Shown: positions 24,368 to 34,457 of the stretch, piece after piece | Numbering within the stretch: position 1 is the first letter of the stretch | Layout: each line of letters begins with the position of its first letter | NCBI GenBank assembly: GCA_964587045.1 | Contig: CAZPJY010000016.1 | Span: 1 to 42,465 of the forward strand | Reading direction: 5' to 3' | Origin: an uncultured Methanosarcinales archaeon | GTDB taxonomy: Archaea; Nanobdellota; Nanobdellia; Woesearchaeales; CAZPJY01 | Length of the DNA stretch: 42,465 bases | Notes under the pieces: model-generated | The model's database searches: none | The model's input: the letters and a program-made list of their open reading frames with translations, nothing else | What the model was told of the DNA's origin: nothing | Program-made: the position numbers and the translations under genes

Positions 24368-26065
24368 ATGAAACAGCCTAAAGTTGCATATTTCTCCCTC
24401 GAGATAGGGGTCGAATCCGACATTCCCACCTATTCAGGAGGCTTAGGCGTGCTTGCTGGTGACACTCTCAAGTCCGCTGCCGACATGGGCCTGCCGGTAG
24501 TGGGCATCTCACTCCTATATAATAGGGGGTACATGCGGCAGTACATCAAGGATGCAACGCAGTACGAGGCGTACGACGCCTGGATACCCAAGACAACCGG
24601 GCTGCACCAAAAGGATGTCAGCGTCGAGTTCTTGGTGCAGGGCAGGAAGGTCAAGGCCATGGTCTGGCAGTACAACATCGTTGGAAGGAAGGGACACATC
24701 GTGCCGGTCTACTTCCTTGACACCAACATCCACGGGAATCCGAGGCCTGACGGAAGGATAACCTGGGCTCTCTATGGTGGCGACTCAGACTATGACAGGA
24801 TTGTCCAGGAGCTGCTCCTAGGTGTCGGAGGCCTCAGGGTGCTGCGAAGGCTGGGCTACGATAAGATAACCACATACCACATGAACGAGGGGCACGCAGC
24901 TTTCCTGGCGTTAGAACGCATGAAGGAGGAGGGAGGAAACCTCGAGAAGGTCATCGAGGGGAATGCCTTCACGACCCACACCCCTGTACCCGCAGGCCAC
25001 GATCAGTTCGACTACAACGATGTGAGGAACGCCCTGGCTCCGGAGCTGTGGGACCAGCTGATGAGCATCAAAGGGCAAAAGGACATAGGTTGGGACAAGC
25101 TCAACATGACAAAATTGGCCCTGGAGACTTCCCGAACCACGAACGCGGTCGCCAAGAAGCATGCTGTGGTCAGCCGGGCCATGTTCCCAGGCCACGAGAT
25201 CCTCGCGATTACAAACGGGGTGCATCCTTTCACCTGGACATCCCCCCAGTTCACCAGGCTGTACGACGATTACTGGCAGGGAAAGGGCAAGACCTGGCGC
25301 GATGACATGAGTCTGCTTAAGGAAACCAAGCTCTTGATAGCCGACGTCCGGCGGGCCCACCACTCTGCCAAAGAGACTCTTCTGGACTATCTCAACACTA
25401 GGTACAGCATCAATGGTCTCGACAAGGACATCTTCACCATCGGGTTCGCCAGGCGTTTTGCGACATACAAGCGCGCCAACCTTATACTCTACAATCTCAA
25501 GAAGCTGAAAGAGATAGCCGGGGAGAACCGCCCCCTCCAGATCCTGTTCGCAGGCAAGGCCCACCCCCGGGACGGTGGCGGAAAGGACATTATAAGGGAG
25601 ATCCTGACCAAGGGAGACCTTCTCAGGGGGAGCAATGTGAGGGTGGAGTTCATCGAGAACCACAACATGGAGGTAGGGGCGCTGCTGACTTCCGGAGTCG
25701 ACCTCTGGCTTAACAATCCCCAGCGGCCTAAGGAGGCCTCGGGGACAAGCGGTATGAAAGCCGCCCTCAACGGAGTCCCGAACCTCTCGGTGCTCGACGG
25801 CTGGTGGTGGGAAGCGTGGGAGGAAGATGACAGCGTCGGCTGGGCCATAGGGCCGAAACCCGCTGCCGAAGACACCTCGGACGGCGACTTCCGCCAGGAC
25901 AACCACGCGCTATACAATGTGCTAAACGACCTGATAGTCCCGATGTGGTATGATGACAACAACTCATTCTTACAGGTTGGCCTCAACGGCATCAACCGCC
26001 TGGCCTCCTACTTCAACACGCACCGCATGGACAAGGAATACTGGGAGAAGGTCTGGAAGAGGTAA
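24368..26065 (+). CDS. glgP: Alpha-glucan (glycogen/maltodextrin) phosphorylase, copy 1
   Basis: [48 protein letters not shown] motif [14 protein letters not shown]. Confidence 0.95.
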   Translation: MKQPKVAYFSLEIGVESDIPTYSGGLGVLAGDTLKSAADMGLPVVGISLLYNRGYMRQYIKDATQYEAYDAWIPKTTGLHQKDVSVEFLVQGRKVKAMVWQYNIVGRKGHIVPVYFLDTNIHGNPRPDGRITWALYGGDSDYDRIVQELLLGVGGLRVLRRLGYDKITTYHMNEGHAAFLALERMKEEGGNLEKVIEGNAFTTHTPVPAGHDQFDYNDVRNALAPELWDQLMSIKGQKDIGWDKLNMTKLALETSRTTNAVAKKHAVVSRAMFPGHEILAITNGVHPFTWTSPQFTRLYDDYWQGKGKTWRDDMSLLKETKLLIADVRRAHHSAKETLLDYLNTRYSINGLDKDIFTIGFARRFATYKRANLILYNLKKLKEIAGENRPLQILFAGKAHPRDGGGKDIIREILTKGDLLRGSNVRVEFIENHNMEVGALLTSGVDLWLNNPQRPKEASGTSGMKAALNGVPNLSVLDGWWWEAWEEDDSVGWAIGPKPAAEDTSDGDFRQDNHALYNVLNDLIVPMWYDDNNSFLQVGLNGINRLASYFNTHRMDKEYWEKVWKR

Positions 26066-26097
26066 GAATTTTATACTAGTAGGCTCCCTGCCTTGAT

Positions 26098-26859
26098 ATG
26101 TTCACAAACGCTATAAACCCGGTGATAGTCCAGCTGGGACCAGTCCAGATAAAATGGTACGGCCTGGTATATGTCATCGGTTTCGCTCTCGCTTATTACC
26201 TCCTTTGGCGCGCGGCCAAGGAGAAGCGGGTCAAGAACCTGACGACCAAAAACCTTGATGAGCTGCTCCTCTACCTGATAATAGGTGTAGTGGTCGGCTC
26301 CAGGCTCCTTCTCTTCCTGGTCGGCCATCCGATGCAGTTCCTGGAGGATCCTTTAGAAGTATTCAGGATATGGCACGGCGGGATGTCCTTCCATGGGGGG
26401 CTGGTCGGCATAGTCTTCTTCGGGTGGCTATTCTGCCGCAAGTACAAGGTGAGGTTCTACGCCCTGGCAGACCTCCTCGCAGCGCCTGCTGCCTTCATGC
26501 TGTTCGTTGGAAGGATTGCCAACTTCATAAACGGAGAACTGGTTGGGACTGTGACCAACGTCCCATGGTGCGTGCAGTACGGGCATGTGCAGGGGTGCAG
26601 GCATCCCTCCCAGCTCTATGAAGCCGGCAAGAACCTGGTGATATTCTTCTCCCTGCTGGGCTTTCAGAGATTGAAGGGACTCAAGGAGGGAACGATCTTC
26701 TGGTCATTCGTGCTCATGTACGGGACTTTGAGGTTCTTCGTCACCTTCTTCCGCGACGATCCCCGCCTAATCCTGGGATTGTCTGGAGGACAGGTTCTGA
26801 GCCTAGCGATGGCTCTCATAGCAGGGTATGTCCTATTCACCAATTACAGGAGGAAATGA
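26098..26859 (+). CDS. lgt: Prolipoprotein diacylglyceryl transferase (bacterial type)
   Basis: [32 protein letters not shown] and YG..RF....R motifs; multi-TM. Confidence 0.95.
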   Translation: MFTNAINPVIVQLGPVQIKWYGLVYVIGFALAYYLLWRAAKEKRVKNLTTKNLDELLLYLIIGVVVGSRLLLFLVGHPMQFLEDPLEVFRIWHGGMSFHGGLVGIVFFGWLFCRKYKVRFYALADLLAAPAAFMLFVGRIANFINGELVGTVTNVPWCVQYGHVQGCRHPSQLYEAGKNLVIFFSLLGFQRLKGLKEGTIFWSFVLMYGTLRFFVTFFRDDPRLILGLSGGQVLSLAMALIAGYVLFTNYRRK

Positions 26860-28538
26860 TCATGGAAAGATTCCACAAACCAAGAGACGAGCGGATTGTC
26901 GCCTACTTCTCCATGGAGATCGGCGTCGACGAGCGCATACCGACCTATTCTGGGGGGTTGGGCGTCCTGGCGGGGGACACGATAAAGTCGGCCGCTGACC
27001 TCAACGTTCCCATGGTAGCTGTGACTCTACTGAACGAGAAGGGCTACTTCTACCAAAAGCTCGACGATGACGGCACGCAAGCCGAGAAGCCTGTCGAATG
27101 GAGCGTGGACGACTTCCTGAACCTGCTGGAGCCCACGGTCGAGCTGCAGATTGAGGGCCGCAAGGTGCAGCTCAGGGTTTGGGAGCTCAGGATCAAGGGC
27201 ATCAAGGGGTATGAGGTGCCCATATACTACCTCGATTCAAATGTGGAGAGCAATTCGGAGTACGATCGCACCCTTACCAATCATCTCTACGGCGGAGATT
27301 CCAGGTACCGGCTGCATCAGGAGATGGTGTTAGGCATAGGGGGTGTAAGGATGCTGGCGAAGCTCGGCCATGATATCCATAAGTTTCATATGAATGAAGG
27401 CCATTCGGCCCTGCTGTCCCTCGAGTTGTTCAGCAAGTTCAAGGATTTGGGGGAGGTTAGGAAGAGGTGTGTGTTCACTACGCACACCCCTGTTCCCGCA
27501 GGGCATGACCAGTTCGAAAAGAATCTGGTGGAGAAGAGCTTGGGAACTTTCTTTACAGATGATATGAGGAAGTTCGCCTACCATGAGGGAAAGCTGAACA
27601 TGACCTGCTTAGCGCTCAGCACGAGCATGTACGTCAACGGGGTCGCAAAAAAGCACGGCGAGGTATCGAGGAGCATGTTCCCAGGCTACCCCATAGACTC
27701 CATCACCAACGGCGTCTACTCAAGGGATTGGACCTCTCCCCACTTCAAGCGCCTTTTCAACGAGTACGTGCCCGGATGGGTGCAGGATCCGTTCACCTTG
27801 CGCTACGCCCTGGCCATACCGGACACCAAGATATGGGAGGCGCATATGCAGGCCAAGAAGCAGCTCATTGACTTCGTCAATTCGAGGACCAACTCAGGGA
27901 TGGACTACGACCACTTCACCATCGGCTTCGCGAGGCGGGCGACAGGCTACAAGAGGGCTGACCTGCTGTTCTACGATATCGAAAAGCTGAAGAAGATTGC
28001 TGAGAAAAACGGACCCATCCAGGTCATCTTCGGCGGAAAGGCCCACCCAAGCGACGGTTCAGGCAAGGATATCATCAAGAAGATTTTCTCCAGGATGCAC
28101 GAGCTGAAGAACACGAAGATCTCCATAGCATATGTGGAGAACTACAACATCGGCGTCGCCAAGCTGCTGGTCGCAGGCGTGGACCTGTGGCTGAACACTC
28201 CGATGCGCCCACGCGAGGCATCGGGCACGAGCGGCATGAAGGCATGCCACAATGGAGTCCCGAACCTCTCGGTGCTCGACGGCTGGTGGTGCGAGGGCCA
28301 TATCGAGAACGTGACCGGCTGGTCGATAGGTCCCAAGGGTGACAGCTCAGAGAACGATTCAGGTGAGGACGCGCTGGACCTGTACTACAAGCTTGAGCTG
28401 ATACTCCCTTTGTTCTATACCAAGCGGGATGAGTGGATTGATGTGATGAAGCAGTCTATAGCCTTCAACGCGTCCTTCTTTAACACCCACAGGATGGTGC
28501 ACCAGTATGTGCTGAACGCCTACTTCCATCAGTTGTAA
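26856..28538 (+). CDS. glgP: Alpha-glucan phosphorylase, copy 2
   Basis: Same motif set as copy 1, [18 protein letters not shown] overlap with lgt. Confidence 0.95.
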   Translation: MIMERFHKPRDERIVAYFSMEIGVDERIPTYSGGLGVLAGDTIKSAADLNVPMVAVTLLNEKGYFYQKLDDDGTQAEKPVEWSVDDFLNLLEPTVELQIEGRKVQLRVWELRIKGIKGYEVPIYYLDSNVESNSEYDRTLTNHLYGGDSRYRLHQEMVLGIGGVRMLAKLGHDIHKFHMNEGHSALLSLELFSKFKDLGEVRKRCVFTTHTPVPAGHDQFEKNLVEKSLGTFFTDDMRKFAYHEGKLNMTCLALSTSMYVNGVAKKHGEVSRSMFPGYPIDSITNGVYSRDWTSPHFKRLFNEYVPGWVQDPFTLRYALAIPDTKIWEAHMQAKKQLIDFVNSRTNSGMDYDHFTIGFARRATGYKRADLLFYDIEKLKKIAEKNGPIQVIFGGKAHPSDGSGKDIIKKIFSRMHELKNTKISIAYVENYNIGVAKLLVAGVDLWLNTPMRPREASGTSGMKACHNGVPNLSVLDGWWCEGHIENVTGWSIGPKGDSSENDSGEDALDLYYKLELILPLFYTKRDEWIDVMKQSIAFNASFFNTHRMVHQYVLNAYFHQL

Positions 28539-29734
28539 ACTGATGACTGCGCAACAGGCTGGTCTGCCTCTGCTGGTGTTAGGCGCATCATCTCCAGGTA
28601 CTTGTCTCGTGTCTCCCAGAACAGCCTGGCCTGGTCAGCGATGAGCCTCTCAGCCTGTATGTCTTTCATCGTCCCGGCCTGGTCTATGAAGGCGGCTATT
28701 CGCAAGAAGTAGACCAGCTTGAAGGCGTGTACAATGCTTGAGGATGGCTCCTTCATGTACTGTGCCATAAGTGTATAGACGAGGACTGCCCACTCCTCTT
28801 GGCTGATGTGGAAAGTCCCTTTGGGGAGTTCCTCGGAAACACGGGAGTAGAACTCGGTTGGTAGGTACTTCCTGAAGATGTCGTTGTTGTCGTTCCACAG
28901 CTCCTGGCACTTGTGGATAATGTCAGCCTTCTTGACCTCAAGGGGTTCGACCTCGCCTCCTGTCCTCATGGGGATTATGGGTATGTGCTGCACATCTGTC
29001 AGCGATGCTAGTCTCCCGTTGGCTTCCCTCACAGCCTTTAGGAGGGTGAGTATTACCTGCTCGAACATGAGGTTGAGCTTCGGTGCAGAAGGCTTGTGCA
29101 GCTTCAGTCCCAGGTCGACCTGGCAGATCTTTAGCCCGTGCAGTATGGCCTGTGTGGTCATGTAGATGTCGATGCCGTACTGGTAGGTCGACTTGACCCA
29201 CGGCTGCGCAAGGTACACTTCAGCGGCCTTCCTTGAGAATGCGAAATCTCCGCCTATCGGCTGGCGGATGTCCATCCCGAACATGCCGAAGACTATTGGA
29301 TAGCATATCATGTTGGTTATCGTGCCGTCGAACCTGTGCCTGAGGTATCTGGGCACGACTAGGTCGTATCCCTGCAGGACAGTGAGCGCAAAGCTCCTCA
29401 CCCATTCGGGAGTAATGCTTCGGAGGTCTGTGTCGACGACGATCGCGTACTTCGCGCCGGTGTCCTGTACGCGCTGGAAGATGTACCGCAGCGCTGTTCC
29501 TTTGCCGGACTTTATCTCAGCGGTGGTGCGGAACTCCTTTGCGCACTTGGTCTCTGTCGTCAGGAACGCATCTTTTGTGCCATCTGTCGACCCAGAATCC
29601 GAGTTGATTATCAGGACTTTTAGGCCTGGGAGGTACTTCTGCGCTCCGAGATCGACTTGGCGGGTTACGAAAGAAATCGAGTCTTCTTCATTGTAGCTGG
29701 GCAATCCTATGATGAGGTCTACGCTGCCAGTCAT
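28529..29734 (-). CDS. GT-A glycosyltransferase, glucosylglycerate/mannosylglycerate synthase-like
   Basis: [50 protein letters not shown] motifs typical of Ggs/Mgs. Confidence 0.8.
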   Translation of the reverse strand: MTGSVDLIIGLPSYNEEDSISFVTRQVDLGAQKYLPGLKVLIINSDSGSTDGTKDAFLTTETKCAKEFRTTAEIKSGKGTALRYIFQRVQDTGAKYAIVVDTDLRSITPEWVRSFALTVLQGYDLVVPRYLRHRFDGTITNMICYPIVFGMFGMDIRQPIGGDFAFSRKAAEVYLAQPWVKSTYQYGIDIYMTTQAILHGLKICQVDLGLKLHKPSAPKLNLMFEQVILTLLKAVREANGRLASLTDVQHIPIIPMRTGGEVEPLEVKKADIIHKCQELWNDNNDIFRKYLPTEFYSRVSEELPKGTFHISQEEWAVLVYTLMAQYMKEPSSSIVHAFKLVYFLRIAAFIDQAGTMKDIQAERLIADQARLFWETRDKYLEMMRLTPAEADQPVAQSSVYN

Positions 29735-29949
29735 TGAAGACACTGTATACCTGTATATGTTTTATGTTACCTCTCTTTATTATTCTTATTTGGATAATCT
29801 TATAAATATTTTTCTCTTTGGAGACGCAAGGATTCGAAATTCCGGGATTTGGAGGCTGTAAAAACATAGGATTTCATCTTACTTTCATTATAGCAGGCAA
29901 AAGTCCCAATGAGCAACTGTGCCATTCAATTCTGCTGAAATCCCAACAG

Positions 29950-30786
29950 TCACTTCTTGTGGTAATACGCCCAGTGGCCTGAGAAATCCTTCCTCGTGTA
30001 GCCGCCGGTGGAGGCATGCTGCAGCGGGTAGTTGGCGCTCTCCTTGTAAGGGCCGATGTAGAACTCACCGAGCGGCAGCCCTGTTCCAGCGCCGATGAGC
30101 CCTGGGGGGGTGCGGTCGAAGTTCTCCTTCCACCAGCGCTCCGAGTAGAACAGGGCGGTAAAGTCTGTTCCGACGCACTCGTCTGAGAACAAGTAGCCCT
30201 TCGGGGTCAGGTTGGGCCAGATGTAGCGAACGCACGTGTCGAGGCTAGCTTCCAGGTCGACATCTAGGAAAGCGAGGACTATGGGCTCGTTGAGCTTGGG
30301 CAGCGTGTCTTTGTACCACCCCTTGATGAATTTGCACCGCCTGATCGCTCCATATTTCCGGACGTTGGCCCTGACCTCTTCGAGCGTTCCCTCATAATCC
30401 CCTTCCTCATAGCCCTTGGCCTCGCGGTCGCCTTCCTCGCCTTTCGGCAGGCCCTCGAAGGAGTCGTAGACGAGTAGCTTGCGCTTCACTATGCTGCAAA
30501 CCAGCGATAGGTTAGCCGTCGATCCGCCCTTCCATGAGCCGCACTCGATGACCGCTCCCTTAAGAGACGGCGGCATCTCCAACAGCTTGAGGGCCATGGC
30601 GAGATGGGCCTTGTACGATGTGCCGGTTGGTATCGCCAACGAGTTGCGGAACATCTTAAAGCCCAGCACGGCCTTTTTCCAGCATCCCATCTTGTAGGAC
30701 GGGTGTATCTTCTTTGAGCTGAGTATGAAGAAGATGCTAGCAGGCATCGTCAGAACATACCACGCCCTCATCAAAAAACTTGCCAT
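29950..30786 (-). CDS. TylF/MycF/NovP-family O-methyltransferase
   Basis: ECGSWKGGS, YDSFEGLP, KGWYKDTLP, FLDVDL. Confidence 0.88.
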   Translation of the reverse strand: MASFLMRAWYVLTMPASIFFILSSKKIHPSYKMGCWKKAVLGFKMFRNSLAIPTGTSYKAHLAMALKLLEMPPSLKGAVIECGSWKGGSTANLSLVCSIVKRKLLVYDSFEGLPKGEEGDREAKGYEEGDYEGTLEEVRANVRKYGAIRRCKFIKGWYKDTLPKLNEPIVLAFLDVDLEASLDTCVRYIWPNLTPKGYLFSDECVGTDFTALFYSERWWKENFDRTPPGLIGAGTGLPLGEFYIGPYKESANYPLQHASTGGYTRKDFSGHWAYYHKK

Positions 30787-30831
30787 ACCCCGCCGAAGAC
30801 TGAATGATTCTTTAAATAGTTTGTGCCAGAA

Positions 30832-30903
30832 TACGGCTGCCGGGATTCGAACCCGGATACCGACCTTGGGAGGGTCGGATCATAACCATTAGATCACAGC
30901 CGT
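30832..30903 (-). tRNA. tRNA-Gly (CCC), intronless, CCA not encoded
   Basis: Reverse complement folds as ACGGCTG-TG-ATCT-AATGGTTA-TGAT-C-CGACC-CTCCCAA-GGTCG-GTAT-CCGGG-TTCGAAT-CCCGG-CAGCCGT-A; TTTTATAA box about 27 nt upstream. Confidence 0.95.
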
Positions 30904-30979
30904 TTCGAGTGTTGGGATTCACTTATGGATTATAAAACTTATCGATACATTTAAAATTACCACCTGATATGCGAGATGC

Positions 30980-31402
30980 ATGAAGGTCTACATCTGCTGC
31001 TCGAAGCACTTCTACAGCAGGATCCCACCTATCAAGGAGCTTCTTGAAAAGAACGGCCATGAGGTCACGCTTCCGGCCAGCTATGAGAACCCGTTCATGG
31101 AGGACCTGTTCAAGGAGAAGGGGCAAGAGATGCACGCCACGTGGAAGGCTGACAAGATCAGGCTCCTGCGCAGGCAGGTCACCAACAACGAAGTGGTGCT
31201 GATTCTCAACTACGACAAGGAAGGTGAGCCCAACTACATCGGCGGAGCGACTTTCCTCGAGGCATACGAAGCCTTCAGGCAGAAGAAGAAGCTGATCTTA
31301 ATGAATCCTATACCTCCAGGAGGCTTAGAAGATGAGCTCAGCTCCTTTTCCCCCACAATTCTCAATGGCGACCTCTCCGCACTAATCAGGGAGTTACAAT
31401 AA
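30980..31402 (+). CDS. Hypothetical protein, possible nucleoside 2-deoxyribosyltransferase-like fold
   Basis: MKVYICCS start, VLILN..K....YIGGATFLE...A pattern. Confidence 0.7.
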   Translation: MKVYICCSKHFYSRIPPIKELLEKNGHEVTLPASYENPFMEDLFKEKGQEMHATWKADKIRLLRRQVTNNEVVLILNYDKEGEPNYIGGATFLEAYEAFRQKKKLILMNPIPPGGLEDELSSFSPTILNGDLSALIRELQ

Positions 31403-31436
31403 AAGTTTATATAGTGTGCGTGCCTAAAGGTTTCTT

Positions 31437-32255
31437 ATGCCCTCAAAGACCCTTTTCAACCGGGAGAAGCTCAACGAGTCCATGATTGACATGGTCTACA
31501 AGATTGAGCGAAACATCAACACCCACCTCCGTGACATCATCGAGAACCTGATTGACGAAAAGGAGGGCAGCGGGATCTTCAGCACCATCCTCAAGATGGA
31601 CAACACCCTAGTCGAGATAATCACCCTTCTCGAGAAGAAGGAGGGCGCGGACGCCCAGATCAAGAGCGACCTTTTCAAGCTGCACAGGAGCATCTTCTTC
31701 CAGTGGAAGAACATAATATTCGACCAAAAGAAGAACAAGGAGTTCGTGACGCAGCTCATCAAGGGCATCATTCTCTCCAACCAGGACCTCCTGACCAAGG
31801 AGATGGAGGAAAAGGAGATCGACGACCATCTCGAGGTCAAGTTCAAGTCCCTCATCGAGAGCATCAGGAAGGTCATCCAGGACTTATGGCTCTTTGAGGT
31901 CGACACGCACAGCGAAAAGCCCAACAAGCGCCTGACCCTGACCATCAAGCGCGTCAAGGTTGAGCTTGACGAGGTTGAGTACCAGTTCGAGAAGGAGTAC
32001 ATGACGGTCAGGAACATGATGAAGATTGAGAGCAACCTGAAAAGCGAGGGGCAGAAGCTCCTGGTCTACCTCAAGAAGAACTTCGGCTCGCACCTGAGCG
32101 ACCAGGAGGTGAAGAAGGCTGTGAACAAGCTCCCGCCTGATAAGGTGAAGCAGATCTTCCTGACTATGGGCATCATAGTCAACCATATCGAGAAGCTCGA
32201 CAAGAGCCAGAACACGAGCCTTGCCAACAGGAAACTGGATTTCGACTCCTTCTAG
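31437..32255 (+). CDS. Hypothetical K/E/L-rich helical (coiled-coil-like) protein
   Basis: Strong C/G third-position bias; TTTATATA box upstream. Confidence 0.8.
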   Translation: MPSKTLFNREKLNESMIDMVYKIERNINTHLRDIIENLIDEKEGSGIFSTILKMDNTLVEIITLLEKKEGADAQIKSDLFKLHRSIFFQWKNIIFDQKKNKEFVTQLIKGIILSNQDLLTKEMEEKEIDDHLEVKFKSLIESIRKVIQDLWLFEVDTHSEKPNKRLTLTIKRVKVELDEVEYQFEKEYMTVRNMMKIESNLKSEGQKLLVYLKKNFGSHLSDQEVKKAVNKLPPDKVKQIFLTMGIIVNHIEKLDKSQNTSLANRKLDFDSF

Positions 32256-33139
32256 TAGCCGTGGTGCATGGTGAAGAGCTCCAGGAACCTCCTCTCGTCC
32301 TTTCTGAGCACTTTGACCAGATCATCATACTCTACTGACAGCTGGTACTGGAGGTGCTGCATGTTCTCGTGCTTGTGGATGTCCCTTCTCACCGTCACGA
32401 CCTCCTTTTCCAAGCACTTGATCAACGACAGTATCATCTTGTTCTCCTTGCCTATCACGGTTGCCCTGTTCTTGCGCACCGACTCCAGGAAGGTCTCCGG
32501 CGTTGTGCCTTCGGCCATCGTGACGACATTTCCGAGCTCTACTGTGAAATGCCCGTCGCTCCCACCGGTGACGGCCTTGCCGTGCTCGTAAGCCCACGTG
32601 ATCGCCTTTTCGTTGAGGTGCCTGAGATTGTAGCCGTTGATGACCTCGACCGTGTCGATCTTCCTCTCCATGTCAGGCTCAATCTCGAGCCTGCCCAGGC
32701 CTGCGGAGCCGGGTATGAACATGTGGGGCACGCCCACGACAGCGTTGTACTCGCGTCCCTTCTCAAGCAGCTCAAAAGCGGAAAGAGAGCTCCAGAACGG
32801 ATTCTGCATCAGCCCCTTCATCAGGACCTTCCTGTAGAAATGTTCCAGGTCCTGGAATTTGGAAAAGAAGGGCGTGATGTGTATGCCCTCATGCGAAGTC
32901 ACCTCGATGGATGGGATGAACAGCACGTTTTCGATCTTGGACATGAGCTTTGCACCGCGTATCTCGTTGTGGTCGCAGACAACGCAGCCGATGCCCTCCT
33001 TTCGCATCCTGGCAACGACGTTGCCTATCCTGGCGAGGCTGTCGAAGCTGGCTTCGGTATGGAAGTGCATGTCCACCATGCCCATGCCGTCCTTTTTCAT
33101 GAGCGATGGGACCGGCCTCTCGAAGAATATGTTGTCCAT
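32252..33139 (-). CDS. PHP-domain metal-dependent phosphoesterase
   Basis: DMHFHT, DHN, EV, PH, EVING and GGSDGH motifs. Confidence 0.9.
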   Translation of the reverse strand: MDNIFFERPVPSLMKKDGMGMVDMHFHTEASFDSLARIGNVVARMRKEGIGCVVCDHNEIRGAKLMSKIENVLFIPSIEVTSHEGIHITPFFSKFQDLEHFYRKVLMKGLMQNPFWSSLSAFELLEKGREYNAVVGVPHMFIPGSAGLGRLEIEPDMERKIDTVEVINGYNLRHLNEKAITWAYEHGKAVTGGSDGHFTVELGNVVTMAEGTTPETFLESVRKNRATVIGKENKMILSLIKCLEKEVVTVRRDIHKHENMQHLQYQLSVEYDDLVKVLRKDERRFLELFTMHHGY

Positions 33140-33177
33140 TCATGAAGAAATAAGTTAAAAGGTATAAAAACTTTTTT

Positions 33178-33447
33178 CTAATCCTCTTCCTCAGGATTGT
33201 ACGATGGGATAGCAGCCTTGCTTATGATCATGACATCTCCAATCGACTTGACCAGCTGGTGCGGGACAATGACACCCTTCGCGCTTCCCAGAACCTTGTT
33301 GAGGAACGAGCTCTTGGATGCCTTCACCCGCCATCCGAAAACCTTGTTGGAAGTCAGGATGGCCTCCTCGACATCTCCGAAATAGTCTCCCGTGTCTGTG
33401 AACACCTTCATGTCATAAGATTCGGTTATCCTCTTCATTTTCAGCAT
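33178..33447 (-). CDS. PRC-barrel protein (archaeal CdpB-like, cell-division associated)
   Basis: VFTDTG.Y.G.V and IVP...V.SIGDVMII pattern; GGAGGGG upstream. Confidence 0.85.
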   Translation of the reverse strand: MLKMKRITESYDMKVFTDTGDYFGDVEEAILTSNKVFGWRVKASKSSFLNKVLGSAKGVIVPHQLVKSIGDVMIISKAAIPSYNPEEED

Positions 33448-33550
33448 GATATTCCCCTCCTAGATGCTCAGATTGAACAAAAGGAAGTATTTAAAACTTA
33501 CCATTCATCAGGCACAATCGTTTTAAATCCCTTCTGATTCGCTGCCTGTC

Positions 33551-34246
33551 ATGGAACGTTTGAGGATAGTCGGCACCAGCCACATAGCGAAGGACTCCCT
33601 CAGAGAGGTCGAGAGGGAGATCGACAGCTTCAAGCCTGACATCGTGGCGGTCGAGCTCGACAGGAGGAGGTATGCGAGCCTGCTGGGCAAGCAGCAGAAG
33701 GCGTACCTGAACCTGTCGGCAGTGAGGCAAATCGGCTTCTTGGGGTTCTCGTTCGCCCTGATCGCGAGCCTCGTGCAGAGGAAGCTGGGCGATATCGTCG
33801 GAATGGACCCCGGAGCCGAGATGGAGTCTGCTATCCGTCTTGCGAAGAAGAGGAAGCTGCAGGTGGCGCTGATCGACCAGGATATCATGATAACCCTGAA
33901 CAGGCTGCGGATGACGGGCCAGGAGAAGAGGAACCTGGCAAGGGACATCTTCAACGGCCTCGTGCTCAGGAAGCCGGAGCTCGGCGTGAGCTTCGACCTC
34001 TCGAAGGTGCCGTCGGACGAAGTGATCAGGGTGCTTCTAGGCAAGCTGAGGGAGAGGTACCCTTCGCTCTATAGGGTGCTTGTGCATGAGCGCAACGTTG
34101 TGATGTCAAAGAACCTCTCCCGGATACTGGCAGAGCATCCTGACAAGAAGGTGCTGGCGGTGGTCGGTGCAGGCCATGAGGATGGCATGCGGCAGCTTCT
34201 GTATGGTTCCAACTCGTTCTCCTTTGGGCATACCATTACAGCTTAG
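33551..34246 (+). CDS. TraB/GumN (TIKI) family protein
   Basis: IVGTSHI, AVELD..R, PGAEM, IDQDI..TL.R, ERN..M, AVVGAGH. Confidence 0.92.
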   Translation: MERLRIVGTSHIAKDSLREVEREIDSFKPDIVAVELDRRRYASLLGKQQKAYLNLSAVRQIGFLGFSFALIASLVQRKLGDIVGMDPGAEMESAIRLAKKRKLQVALIDQDIMITLNRLRMTGQEKRNLARDIFNGLVLRKPELGVSFDLSKVPSDEVIRVLLGKLRERYPSLYRVLVHERNVVMSKNLSRILAEHPDKKVLAVVGAGHEDGMRQLLYGSNSFSFGHTITA

Positions 34247-34260
34247 TTCTTTTCTCTGAA

Positions 34261-34445
34261 TTTCGAAAATAGAAAGATTTATGTATAATAATACTTACAT
34301 AATAAAATATATTACTTACATAAGTTTGTCACTGAAAATTTTATCATTAAAAAACCTTACTTTTTGAAAAAAAAATCTTACTTTTGGCAATTATTCTCAA
34401 TAAAGAATAGAAAACTTTAAATAGTATTACTTACAAATTAAGACA
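34261..34445. promoter_or_regulatory. AT-rich intergenic region with five phased CTTAC-core direct repeats
   Basis: TACTTACA at 34292, 34313, 34428; CTTACTTTT at 34356, 34377; TTTAAATA box just before the last copy. Confidence 0.55.
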
Positions 34446-34457
34446 TGTTGGCTTAAC

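Noticed and set aside
29850..29949. Archaeal SECIS element
   Set aside because: No in-frame TGA at a conserved Cys position in the adjacent genes, and the hairpin lacks a convincing GAA/A motif with GC clamp
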